The position numbers and the translations under genes were made by a program. From Archangium sp. (lineage in GTDB: Bacteria; Myxococcota; Myxococcia; Myxococcales; Myxococcaceae), in assembly GCA_031367385.1 (NCBI GenBank), contig JANLPS010000138.1:1-20516 (forward strand): a stretch of DNA of 20,516 nucleotides, in the 5' to 3' direction. Below the pieces are notes generated by a model. That model searched no databases and had not been told where the DNA came from. It worked only from the letters and a program-made list of their open reading frames with translations. Shown in pieces: positions 1 to 8,678 of the stretch (position 1 is its first letter; each line of letters opens with the position of its first letter).

Positions 1-39
1 CCCACCCGAGGAACCCACCCGAGGAACCCACCCGAGGAA
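1..39. repeat. 13-bp tandem repeat (CCCACCCGAGGAA) x3, possibly truncated by the window edge
   Basis: Three exact units at 1-13, 14-26 and 27-39. Confidence 0.9.
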
Positions 40-45
40 CCGACC

Positions 46-98
46 TCTCATGGTGAGCCTGTCGAACCACGAACCACGAACCACGAACCACGAACCAC
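46..98 (+). repeat. REP-like dispersed repeat copy 1: TCTCATGGTGAGCCTGTC followed by (GAACCAC)x5
   Basis: Identical 18-bp head recurs at 2794; heptamer units at 64-70, 71-77, 78-84, 85-91, 92-98; intergenic, just 3' of a minus-strand gene. Confidence 0.85.
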
Positions 99-106
99 CC
101 GCTGCC

Positions 107-1897
107 CTACCCCTCGGTCAACGCCGGAGGCAAACACGTCTGCACCGACTGCTGAGTCACCGACAGCGACACCTCGCACGTCCACGTCGCTGGGCAATCA
201 CTCGCCGAGGTGCACGCCTGCGTACAGATGTTCCCCGAATCTTTGCGAATGCACAGCCCGCTCTCGCACGCGGCCGGCCCGAATGAGCAACTGCTGCCCG
301 ACTTGCCTCCGCCATTGGGGAAGCACACCTCAACCGTCGTCGTGCTGCCAGGCGCAGTGGCCTTGCGGCAAGCAAACCCACCCGGGCACGCCCCGCCTGA
401 GCACGTCACCGAGCACACCCGGGCAGTGCCCAGATCCAAACACGTGCCGCTCTGACAGGGCGAGCGACCCGGAGCGCAATCATCACCGAACAACCCACCC
501 GTCGGAGAGCACACACCCGAGCCCGACTTCGGGCCATTCCCGCTCCGGTGGTCAGCCGAGCAGTCATAGCCGCTGGCCGAGGCCTCACAGCATCGAAACC
601 GGCCATCATCGCACTGCGCATCGGCGGTGCACGGGTTCGAGCAGAATGAGTTGAGCCCAGCCGCGACACACAGGCCAGTCACACAGTCCTTCGCACCGGC
701 ACCCGAGCAATCATCGCCGAGCCGCTTGAGCCCGCTCTGGCACGTGCCCCGCTGCGGCATGCAGTACGAGCGCACCACGCCGGTCGGGTCAGTCACCGCC
801 TTGCAAACGAACCCCACTCCGAATGACGCCGTGCACGCCGCGTCGTCAGCACACGGTGTCGAGCAGAACGACTCACCCCGAAACTCGCAGCTCGGGCAAT
901 TGTTCGTGATGCACCGGTTCTCTGAGAACCCACCGCCGCGGCAGTCATCATTGTCGCTGCACGACGCGCACATTCGGCCATCGGTGGCGGGCTGGCACTT
1001 GTTGTTCACGCACAGCTTGCCGACGCCGCACTGCGAGCGCTGCCCCACGTCAGTCGTGGCATCACAGTACCCGGTGCACGAATTCGAGTTCGGCACGCAC
1101 TGAAAGGGCCCTCGCTCGGTACCGCCGGCATTCAGGGCCAAGTTCACGCACGAGAACCCGGTCGGGCACTCGGGGTTCTGAGCCGAGTCGAGCTTGGCCG
1201 GGTCGCAGCCAGCGGCAGGGCACACATTCTTCGCAGGGTTGCAGTCACGCCCGCAGAACCGCTCACCCGACACGACATTGCGCACGCACAAATCAGCGGG
1301 GCCACCGCACTCGTTGTCACCCTCGCAGCTGGTGCACAACCCGCGCCCCTGGTTGCAGGTCTCGCTGACCGGCACGCACTGCTTCACCAGCGAATTCAGC
1401 TTGCCCACCGGAGTGTCCTTGCAAGCAAACCCCGTCGGGCACTCGCCCGCCGCGCCGCACGCCGTGGTGCAGAACTGCTCACCAGATCCGATGGCCTTGA
1501 AGCACGCTCCGCCGCTCGGGCACTGCGACACGTCTTGGCAAGGGGAGCACAGCGACCGGCTCACGGCGATGTAGCAAGCGCCCGTCTCGGCATTGCACAC
1601 GTGGCCAGCAGGGCAGTCGACTTCGGTCTTGCAACCGACCACAGCCCGGCAAATGCGCCCGTACCGGCCCGCGGCCTCGCATGTCGACCCCTGAGGGCAG
1701 TCGTCATTGCAGGTTCGGGTGCAGAACCCCGACTGGTCGTCGAGCGCCACACACAACCCGTTGGTGCACACCGTCGACGTATCGCCGGGCACGCACGCGG
1801 CGCCGTAGCCCAGGTGTACGCCGCCCGTGGCTCCGCACCCGGCCACAGACACGAGAAAGCCCACGGCAACCACTGTCGATGAAAACGTGGAGCGCAT
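107..1897 (-). CDS. Cysteine-rich repeat lipoprotein (~596 aa), myxobacterial surface-protein type
   Basis: Start taken at ATG 1897 (MRSTFSSTVVAVGFLVSVAG-C: signal peptide with lipobox VAGC); about 77 Cys by hand count in recurring CxxxC-x2-5-CPxGxxC modules; no catalytic motif seen. Confidence 0.85.
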   Translation of the reverse strand: MRSTFSSTVVAVGFLVSVAGCGATGGVHLGYGAACVPGDTSTVCTNGLCVALDDQSGFCTRTCNDDCPQGSTCEAAGRYGRICRAVVGCKTEVDCPAGHVCNAETGACYIAVSRSLCSPCQDVSQCPSGGACFKAIGSGEQFCTTACGAAGECPTGFACKDTPVGKLNSLVKQCVPVSETCNQGRGLCTSCEGDNECGGPADLCVRNVVSGERFCGRDCNPAKNVCPAAGCDPAKLDSAQNPECPTGFSCVNLALNAGGTERGPFQCVPNSNSCTGYCDATTDVGQRSQCGVGKLCVNNKCQPATDGRMCASCSDNDDCRGGGFSENRCITNNCPSCEFRGESFCSTPCADDAACTASFGVGFVCKAVTDPTGVVRSYCMPQRGTCQSGLKRLGDDCSGAGAKDCVTGLCVAAGLNSFCSNPCTADAQCDDGRFRCCEASASGYDCSADHRSGNGPKSGSGVCSPTGGLFGDDCAPGRSPCQSGTCLDLGTARVCSVTCSGGACPGGFACRKATAPGSTTTVEVCFPNGGGKSGSSCSFGPAACESGLCIRKDSGNICTQACTSASDCPATWTCEVSLSVTQQSVQTCLPPALTEG

Positions 1898-1928
1898 GGG
1901 CTTGCCCGAATGAACCAAGTGGAGAGCG

Positions 1929-2606
1929 TTACTTCTTCGCCGACTTCTTGGCCTTGTGCTCAGCGCGCAGAGCGAACTTCACCGCGGGCTTGACGACGAC
2001 CATCGCCTCGTTGTGACCGGGGATGCCGCCCTTGACGAGAATCAGGTTCTTCTCAGGCATCACGTCGGCAACGACGAGGTTCTGAATGGTGACCTGCTCG
2101 ACGCCGTAGTGACCGGGCAAGTGCTTGTTCGGGTACACGCGACCCGGCGTTTTACGCTGACCGATCGCGCCGGGGTGCTTGCGATACTCGTGGGTACCGT
2201 GGGTCTGACCGAAGCCGCGAAAGCCCCAGCGCTTGACGACGCCCTGGTAGCCGCGACCCTTGGTGATGCCGGTCACGTCGACCATCTGGCCCTTGGTGAA
2301 CATCTCGGCCTTGACGGCTTCGCCGACGGTGAACTTCGCGAGCTCTTCAGCCGTGACGCGAAACTCTTTCAAGATGCGCTTCGCCTTCGCGCCAGCCTTC
2401 TTGAACGAGCCGATCTGGGCCTTGGTGAGGTGCTTCTCTTTCGCGTCTTGGAGGCCGATGACGACCGCGGTGTACTCGTCGGTCTCCATCGTGCGCTTGC
2501 CGACGACTTCGCACGAAGAAACGTCGATGACCGTGACGGGGATGACGTTGCCGTCGTCGCCAAAGATCTGCGTCATGCCTACTTTTTTACCGATGATGCC
2601 CTGCAT
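1929..2606 (-). CDS. rplC: 50S ribosomal protein L3 (225 aa)
   Basis: MQGIIGKKVGMTQIF, DVTGITKGRGYQG, THGTHEY...PGAIGQRKTPGRV and NLILVKGGIPG are L3 signatures; ATG 2606 is preceded by an AGAAGGAG Shine-Dalgarno (the ORF-track start at 2699 is too long). Confidence 0.97.
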   Translation of the reverse strand: MQGIIGKKVGMTQIFGDDGNVIPVTVIDVSSCEVVGKRTMETDEYTAVVIGLQDAKEKHLTKAQIGSFKKAGAKAKRILKEFRVTAEELAKFTVGEAVKAEMFTKGQMVDVTGITKGRGYQGVVKRWGFRGFGQTHGTHEYRKHPGAIGQRKTPGRVYPNKHLPGHYGVEQVTIQNLVVADVMPEKNLILVKGGIPGHNEAMVVVKPAVKFALRAEHKAKKSAKK

Positions 2607-2622
2607 GGTGTGCTCCTTCTCT

Positions 2623-2689
2623 CGCACGCGGCTTTCACCGGAGGTGCGGGGCGGTACGCCGCCGACGTTGTAAACGCTCCAAATGAGCG
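2623..2689 (-). promoter_or_regulatory. Putative structured 5' leader of rplC (three hairpins)
   Basis: mRNA sense: CGCTC-ATTTG-GAGCG (2689-2675), GGCGG-CGTA-CCGCC (2663-2650), CGCAC-CTC-CGGT-GAAA-GCCG-C-GTGCG (2648-2623, GNRA tetraloop). Confidence 0.45.
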
Positions 2690-2696
2690 GGCTGCG

Positions 2697-2725
2697 CACC
2701 TAGCAGAAGGCCAAACCCGTCGCAA
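2697..2725 (-). promoter_or_regulatory. Candidate sigma70-type promoter of rplC
   Basis: Minus strand TTGCGA-N17-TAGGTG, with TG at the extended -10 position. Confidence 0.35.
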
Positions 2726-2793
2726 CCACGCACTTCCCACGGTGCTCCCTCGCAGGGCCAAGCACCTCTCACGGTGAACCGGAGGCCCAGAAT

Positions 2794-2832
2794 TCTCATG
2801 GTGAGCCTGTCGAACCACGAACCACGAACCAC
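2794..2832 (+). repeat. REP-like dispersed repeat copy 2: TCTCATGGTGAGCCTGTC followed by (GAACCAC)x3
   Basis: Identical to 46-84; intergenic, 3' of the ABC permease gene. Confidence 0.85.
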
Positions 2833-2872
2833 GCGAATGAATCGTTTCGAGACCTTATGACCGCGAAAGGCC

Positions 2873-4120
2873 CTACTCCGCCCGCATGGCATCGACCGGG
2901 TCCAGCCTCGCCGCGCGAGCCGCCGGGTAGATACCGAACACCACGCCGACCCCCGAGCTCATCGCCAGCGACACCACCACCGCCCACAGAGGCACCGCCG
3001 TGTACAACCCGAGCGCCCACCGCCCGAGCCCCGCCAACCCGAGCCCAAGCCCCAGCCCCAGCACGCCTCCAACCAACGCCAGCACCACCGCCTCGGTCGC
3101 GAACTGCAGCAAAATGCGCGACCTCCGCGCGCCCAAGGCCTTGCGAACTCCAATCTCTCGAGTTCGCTCAGTCACCGACACCAGCATGATGTTCAAAATA
3201 CCGATGCCGCCCACCAGCAGTGACAGCAGGCACACCCCGAACGTCGCTGCGGTGATCACGTTCGACATGTCATTGAGCGACTTGGCCATCGACTCATTCG
3301 TCGAAGTCTCGAAGTCATTCTCAGCCGCGACGCCGAGCTGATGACGGGCGCGCATCAGCCGCTGCACTTCCTCCATCGCCTTGTCGGTCGAGTCTTTGTC
3401 TTTCGCCTGCACGTTGATCGACACGCTCCGGCGCTTGCCGTAGCCCGCCAAGAACGTGTTCATCGGTATCATCACCATGTTGTCGAGGTTGAAGAGGCCC
3501 AAGACCTTGCCCCGCCGGGTCAGCACCCCGACGACGGTGTAGGGCCGGTTCTTGAGCCGCACCTCCTGCCCCACTGGGTCGAGGGAGGGAAACAACCGGT
3601 CAGCGACATCGGGCCCGAGCACGACGACCGAGCGGCCATCGAGATCTTCCTGCTCGTTGAAGTACCGGCCCTTCGCCACATTCACGCCCGATGTGTCGGG
3701 GTAATCGGGCGTCGTGCCGTTGATGAACACATTGGCCTGCGTCTCGGTCTGCGCGGTCTTCACTTTCTGCGCCGGAGCCCAGCCCGCCGCGCTCGTTCGA
3801 ATCACCGACGGGCAGTGCTCGAGAATCGCCCGCTTGTCATCGAGCGTGAGCGCCGGCCGCTTCGAGATCTTGTTCCAATTCATCGAGTTGCCGCCGCCGA
3901 TGTGAAACCCCTGAGGCCACTTGTCGACGCGAAACACATTCGCACCGAGCTGCGACATGTCGTTGTTGACCTTGATGCGCAGCCCCTCGAGCAGGGCCAT
4001 CATCACCATCACGGTCGAGACGCCGATCACGATGCCCAGCAATGTCAGCATCGTTCGCAGCGGGTGCGCGAAGAACGTGCCGAAGGCGAGGCGAAAGTTA
4101 TCGAAGAACGCGCGAATCAT
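2873..4120 (-). CDS. ABC transporter permease, MacB/FtsX family (415 aa)
   Basis: RTMLTLLGIVIGV, a large periplasmic domain, [31 protein letters not shown] and YPAARAARLDPVDAMRAE. Confidence 0.95.
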   Translation of the reverse strand: MIRAFFDNFRLAFGTFFAHPLRTMLTLLGIVIGVSTVMVMMALLEGLRIKVNNDMSQLGANVFRVDKWPQGFHIGGGNSMNWNKISKRPALTLDDKRAILEHCPSVIRTSAAGWAPAQKVKTAQTETQANVFINGTTPDYPDTSGVNVAKGRYFNEQEDLDGRSVVVLGPDVADRLFPSLDPVGQEVRLKNRPYTVVGVLTRRGKVLGLFNLDNMVMIPMNTFLAGYGKRRSVSINVQAKDKDSTDKAMEEVQRLMRARHQLGVAAENDFETSTNESMAKSLNDMSNVITAATFGVCLLSLLVGGIGILNIMLVSVTERTREIGVRKALGARRSRILLQFATEAVVLALVGGVLGLGLGLGLAGLGRWALGLYTAVPLWAVVVSLAMSSGVGVVFGIYPAARAARLDPVDAMRAE

Positions 4121-5343
4121 TCTTGTCTCAACGCTTCAACCGGGTCGAGGCTCGCCGCGCGGGCTGCCGGCCAGATGCCGAACAGCAACCCCACCAACGC
4201 CGCGAACGACACGCCGAACACCACGGTCAACGGCTTCACCGTCGCCGCCAGCGGAGAGACCAGGCTGATGATCTTCGCGCCTCCAAGCCCCACGATGGTA
4301 CCGAGCAGACCGCCGAGCGCCGAGACCACCATCGCCTCGAGCATGAACTGAATGATGATCGTGCGCTTGCGGGCTCCAAGCGCGCGACGAACGCCGATCT
4401 CGCGAGTTCGTTCACGCACCGAGACCAGCATGATGTTCATGATGCCGATGCCGCCGACCAGCAGCGTGATGAACCCGATGCCCACCGCGACGCCGAATAA
4501 CGCGCCGGTCAGCTTCTGGTACGTCGAGGCCAGCTGATCAGGCTTGTTGATCGCGAAGTCATCAGGCTTCTCGGGCGGAGTCTGCCGGGCCCGCCGCAAG
4601 ATCCCCGACATCTGATCCTCCGCCGCGCTCATGTCGTCAGGCGAGCGCACCTCGACGCCGATCGAGATGCTGCGGTGCCCCTTGAAGTACCCCTTGAACG
4701 TATTGAAGGGGATCATCACGGTGATGTCCTGGTCATTGTCGAGGATCTTCCCCTTGCGGCTGAGCACTCCGATGACCGTGAACGGCTTGTTCCCAATGCG
4801 AATCGACGCGCCGAGCGGGCTCGAGAGTGGAAACAGGGTGTCGGCGACGCCGGGGCCCAGCACCGCGACGTGGCTGCGGTTGTCGTTGTCGCTCTCAGAC
4901 AAGAAGCGCCCCAGCGGAGTCTCGTAGCCACCCACTGACGCGTAGTCAGCCGTGGTGCCGGTGATGTCGATGAACGCCATTTCTTTGTCGAGAAACGACA
5001 CGTCTTCGTTGTCGTCGAGCATCGGCACCACGCTCTTGCACAGCGTGCACTGCGAGCGCAGAGCGTCCATGTGCTCGAGCGTCAGGGGCTTGCGGTTTCG
5101 AAACTCCCACCAGTTGCCCATCTGCACCCAGGGCTGCTTCGAGATGTAAACCGACGAGCTGCCCAGGCTGGCCAGCTGCTTTTGAAAGCTCGTATCCATG
5201 CCCTGGGTGATGCCGAGAATCGCCAGCAGCGTCGCCACGCCGATGCCGATGCCCAGCGTGGTCAAGACGGTACGAAGCCGGTGATTGCGCAGCGACTTCA
5301 CCGCGATCACGATGCCCTCGACGAAGTCGATTCGAAGGCTCAT
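4117..5343 (-). CDS. ABC transporter permease, MacB/FtsX family (408 aa)
   Basis: [43 protein letters not shown] and [18 protein letters not shown]; 4-nt ATGA overlaps with both neighbours. Confidence 0.95.
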   Translation of the reverse strand: MSLRIDFVEGIVIAVKSLRNHRLRTVLTTLGIGIGVATLLAILGITQGMDTSFQKQLASLGSSSVYISKQPWVQMGNWWEFRNRKPLTLEHMDALRSQCTLCKSVVPMLDDNEDVSFLDKEMAFIDITGTTADYASVGGYETPLGRFLSESDNDNRSHVAVLGPGVADTLFPLSSPLGASIRIGNKPFTVIGVLSRKGKILDNDQDITVMIPFNTFKGYFKGHRSISIGVEVRSPDDMSAAEDQMSGILRRARQTPPEKPDDFAINKPDQLASTYQKLTGALFGVAVGIGFITLLVGGIGIMNIMLVSVRERTREIGVRRALGARKRTIIIQFMLEAMVVSALGGLLGTIVGLGGAKIISLVSPLAATVKPLTVVFGVSFAALVGLLFGIWPAARAASLDPVEALRQE

Positions 5344-6050
5344 GCCGCGGTCGCTTTCTCGTACGCGATGTCAGGGCCCGGCCCGTCGCCGACGATCTTG
5401 CCGTCGCTCAAGCGCACCGCTCGCTGGCACCTCGCCGCGATCTTCGGCTCGTGCGTCACCAGCACGATGGTGTGCCCCTGGCCATGAAGCTCACTGAACA
5501 ACCGAATGATCTCCTCGCCGGTCGTGCTGTCGAGGTTGCCGGTCGGTTCGTCGGCCAGCAGCAGCGATGGGTTCGAGGCCAGCGCGCGCGCGATCGCCAC
5601 GCGTTGCCGCTGACCACCCGACAGCTCGGTGGGCTTGTGCGACATGCGCGACTCGAGTTTCACCTTGGTCAGCGCCTCGACTGCCAGGCGGCGGCGTTCT
5701 TTCGCGGGTATGCCCCGGTAGACGAGCGGCAGCTCGACGTTGGCCAGCGAGGTCTCTCGCGGCAACAGCTGAAAGTTCTGAAAGATGAACCCGATCTCTT
5801 GGTTGCGCACATCGGCGAGGGCGTCGTCGTCCATGTGTGACACGTCTTTGCCGTTCAAGCGGTACGTGCCGCGCGTCGGAGTGTCGAGGCACCCGATCAC
5901 GTTCATCATCGTCGACTTGCCCGAGCCCGACTGCCCGACGATGGCGACCCACTCACCCTTGGTGATGCCCAGCGAGACGCCATTGAGCGCCTTCACCGTC
6001 TCGCCGCCCACCACGTATTCCCGGTAAATGTCGGTGAGCTCGATCAGCAT
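5340..6050 (-). CDS. ABC transporter ATP-binding protein, MacB/LolD-like (236 aa)
   Basis: Walker [10 protein letters not shown], signature LSGGQRQR, Walker B/D-loop [12 protein letters not shown], switch VTHE. Confidence 0.96.
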   Translation of the reverse strand: MLIELTDIYREYVVGGETVKALNGVSLGITKGEWVAIVGQSGSGKSTMMNVIGCLDTPTRGTYRLNGKDVSHMDDDALADVRNQEIGFIFQNFQLLPRETSLANVELPLVYRGIPAKERRRLAVEALTKVKLESRMSHKPTELSGGQRQRVAIARALASNPSLLLADEPTGNLDSTTGEEIIRLFSELHGQGHTIVLVTHEPKIAARCQRAVRLSDGKIVGDGPGPDIAYEKATAA

Positions 6051-6054
6051 CGCA

Positions 6055-7326
6055 TCAACCCCTTTGTGGCCCGTGGCCGCCCTTAGCGCCGCCCTTACTC
6101 TCTTCGATGGGGTCGCCGTCTTTCAGGTCTTTGGCCAGCGTGCGGTACGGCCCCTCGACGATGTGCTCGCCTTCTTTGAGCCCCTCGAGAATCTCGACGT
6201 CGGTGTCAGAGGCGATGCCGGTGCGCACCCGGCGCAGCTGTACCTTGTTGTCGTCGCCGATCACGAACACGACCTTCGCGAACTGTTCACCCTTGGGAGC
6301 AGTCAGCACCTGCTTGCCCCCTTCAATCGACTCAGGCTTGTTGTCTTGCAGCATCGCCTCGGGGCGAACGGTCACGGCCTGCACCGGCACGATCACCGCG
6401 CTGTCACGTTGATCAGCGATGATCTTCACCTCGGCGCTCATGCCCGGCATCACCCCCGGAGGCCGCACCGACAGCGCGACCGTGACGGGGAAGCTGGTGG
6501 TCTCCTGCTCGGTGTTCGGGTTCTTGATCAACGCCTTCTGCGCGATCTCGACAACCGTGCCCTCGAAGGTCTGCCCCTCGAGCGCGTCGACCTTGATCTC
6601 CGACTTCTGGTCTTGCTTCAGGTGCACGACCTCGTGCTCACCGACCTCGATCTTGACCTCCATCAGCGCCAGGGCGGCGAGAGTCATCACGATGTCTTCG
6701 CTGAAATCAGAGCCGCGAACGCGCTCTCCGACCTCGCGGGTCACTTCGATCACCGACCCGTCGATGGGAGAGATCAAGGTGGTCTTCGATAAATTGTTGT
6801 TCGACTCATCGAGCGCCGCGCTGGCCTGAGCGGTGCGATCTTGCAGCGCCGCCACTCGGGCCTTGGCCGACGAGAGATCAGACTGCACCTTCTCAGACTC
6901 GGCCTTCGAGGCCATGCCCTTCTCGATCAGCCCGTCGATGCGCGCCAATTCACGGCTGAATCGGTCGACCTCGACCTGCGCCGTGGCCACGTCTGACTTC
7001 GCCGCGTTCATCGCCGAGTGGGCCTGCTTCACCGCCGCCTCGTAGCGCTGGCGATCGAGCTTGCCGAGCACCTGGCCCTTCTTCACCTTGTCGCCGACCT
7101 TCACGTCGAGCTCGATGAGGTCGCCCGAGAGGTTCGAGCTGATCTTCACCGTCGTCGCCGCTTGCACCTTGCCAGCGCCGGTCACCGTACGGGTGATTGG
7201 CCCGCGCTTGACCTCGCCTTTTTGCACCTCGGTCGCCGGCGGCGGTCGCTCTTTGAGCCCCGCCAGCGTCACCGCCACCAACCCCGCCACGATCACCGCG
7301 GCGATGAGACCTTTCCACCACGTCAT
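6055..7326 (-). CDS. Periplasmic adaptor / membrane fusion protein, MacA-like (423 aa)
   Basis: N-terminal membrane anchor, lipoyl-like halves ([26 protein letters not shown]) flanking a coiled coil, [23 protein letters not shown]. Confidence 0.94.
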   Translation of the reverse strand: MTWWKGLIAAVIVAGLVAVTLAGLKERPPPATEVQKGEVKRGPITRTVTGAGKVQAATTVKISSNLSGDLIELDVKVGDKVKKGQVLGKLDRQRYEAAVKQAHSAMNAAKSDVATAQVEVDRFSRELARIDGLIEKGMASKAESEKVQSDLSSAKARVAALQDRTAQASAALDESNNNLSKTTLISPIDGSVIEVTREVGERVRGSDFSEDIVMTLAALALMEVKIEVGEHEVVHLKQDQKSEIKVDALEGQTFEGTVVEIAQKALIKNPNTEQETTSFPVTVALSVRPPGVMPGMSAEVKIIADQRDSAVIVPVQAVTVRPEAMLQDNKPESIEGGKQVLTAPKGEQFAKVVFVIGDDNKVQLRRVRTGIASDTDVEILEGLKEGEHIVEGPYRTLAKDLKDGDPIEESKGGAKGGHGPQRG

Positions 7327-8678
7327 GGCGTCCCCTCCAATGGGGCTCCCGAGACCCGCTGCAAGGCAGCGCGTGCGATTTCAATGTCGACCCGGCCTTG
7401 AAGCTGAGTCAGCTGTGCTTGTGTCACTTTGACCTGCGCATTGCGAACATCGATGTTCGAGCTGGCGCCAGCGTTGAACCGTTCGACTTCGACCGACAGC
7501 TGTTTCTCAGAGAGGCTGCGATTTTTCTCGGCCACGCCCGCGATGCGCACTTGGGTCTCGAGGGTTCGCAGCGTGCGGCGAATCTCTCCGTCGAGCTCTG
7601 CAAGCGCCTGCTTCTGCTGCGCTTCTGCCAACCGCACCTGCACCCGGGCCGCGTCCATCGCCGCGACCGTCGAGAACCCGGCGAACACGTTCCAATTGAT
7701 GCCGACGCCGATGAACAACCCGTTCTGCTTGGTCGGGTCGGTGAAGAACGGGTCGGCGCTGGGCGAGTTGCGCGTGTACCCGCCCTGCAGCGAAACGGAG
7801 GGGAAGAAGTTCGACCGGGCCACGTCGACGCCCAACTCGTTGGCCCGAATCTGGGCCTCGAGCGCGCGAATCAGAGGGCGCTGGGTGCGCGCACCCTCGA
7901 GCAGCTTGTCACCCGTCGGAGCCGCCACCGGCACCACCTGCGGGTTCATCGTCGGAGGCACGACGGCCTCGATGTCTTCAGCCGGCCGCCCCAGCCACTC
8001 GAGCAGATCAACCTGCGCCGAGGCGATCGACTGCTCTTGCCGCATCGCCAGAATCTCGTCGTTGCCGAGGTTCACCTCGGCGTCGAGCACGTCGCGGTTG
8101 AGCCCACGGCCCGCCTCGAAGAGCGACTTGGCTCGCGCAAACTGGTCTTTGTCGCGCTCGATGCTCGACTTGAGCACCTTGAGCGTCACCTGCGCGCGCA
8201 CCAGCTCGTAGAAGCGCCGCACCGCCTCGAGCTCGGAGGCCATCGCCTGCTCGGCGTACTGCCCCTTGGCCGCCTCTTCTTGCGAGGTCGCCTGGGCGAT
8301 CTGATTCCACCAGCGGCCTCCGTCGTAGAGCAGCTGGGTGACGGTCACGCTCGCGTTGAAGTTGCCGTAGGTGACGATGGGGGTGTCGACGGCCTTCTGC
8401 TCGTAGACGATCTGCCCGGTCACAGGGTCAGCGGTGCACTGGCCTGCGGCGTCTTGCTTACACACTGTATTGATGCGCCGAGTCGGGCCGAAGTAGCTGA
8501 CCTGGGCCCCAGCCGAGATGTCGACCCGGGGGAAGATCGCCGACTTCGCGCTCTTCTTGGTCGCCGCGGCGGTCTCGACGTTCAATTGAGACTGAATCGC
8601 CTGGAGGTTCGCCCTCGAGGCGGCGCGTACTTCGTCGATTGAGATCGGCGTGACCGCCAACAGCAGCAACAGCATCAT
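7323..8678 (-). CDS. TolC-family outer membrane efflux protein (~451 aa)
   Basis: Start at ATG 8678 (GGAGG upstream; ATGA overlap with the Yip1 stop); two OEP repeats (AKSAIFPRVDISA...QLLYDGG; ARSNFFPSVSLQG...WNVFAGF; RFNAGASSNIDV). Confidence 0.92.
   Translation of the reverse strand: MMLLLLLAVTPISIDEVRAASRANLQAIQSQLNVETAAATKKSAKSAIFPRVDISAGAQVSYFGPTRRINTVCKQDAAGQCTADPVTGQIVYEQKAVDTPIVTYGNFNASVTVTQLLYDGGRWWNQIAQATSQEEAAKGQYAEQAMASELEAVRRFYELVRAQVTLKVLKSSIERDKDQFARAKSLFEAGRGLNRDVLDAEVNLGNDEILAMRQEQSIASAQVDLLEWLGRPAEDIEAVVPPTMNPQVVPVAAPTGDKLLEGARTQRPLIRALEAQIRANELGVDVARSNFFPSVSLQGGYTRNSPSADPFFTDPTKQNGLFIGVGINWNVFAGFSTVAAMDAARVQVRLAEAQQKQALAELDGEIRRTLRTLETQVRIAGVAEKNRSLSEKQLSVEVERFNAGASSNIDVRNAQVKVTQAQLTQLQGRVDIEIARAALQRVSGAPLEGTP

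Noticed and set aside
1..98. Possible CRISPR array
   Set aside because: Units are 7 and 13 bp in tandem with no unique spacers, and no cas genes are present.
50..286. 78-aa ORF MVSLSNHEPRTTNHEP...
   Set aside because: It is a translation of the repeat element running antisense into the lipoprotein gene.
1956..8642. Long plus-strand ORFs (1956-2777, 3341-4351, 6028-6792, 7398-8642 and others)
   Set aside because: They lie antisense to clearly identified genes and show no recognisable motifs.
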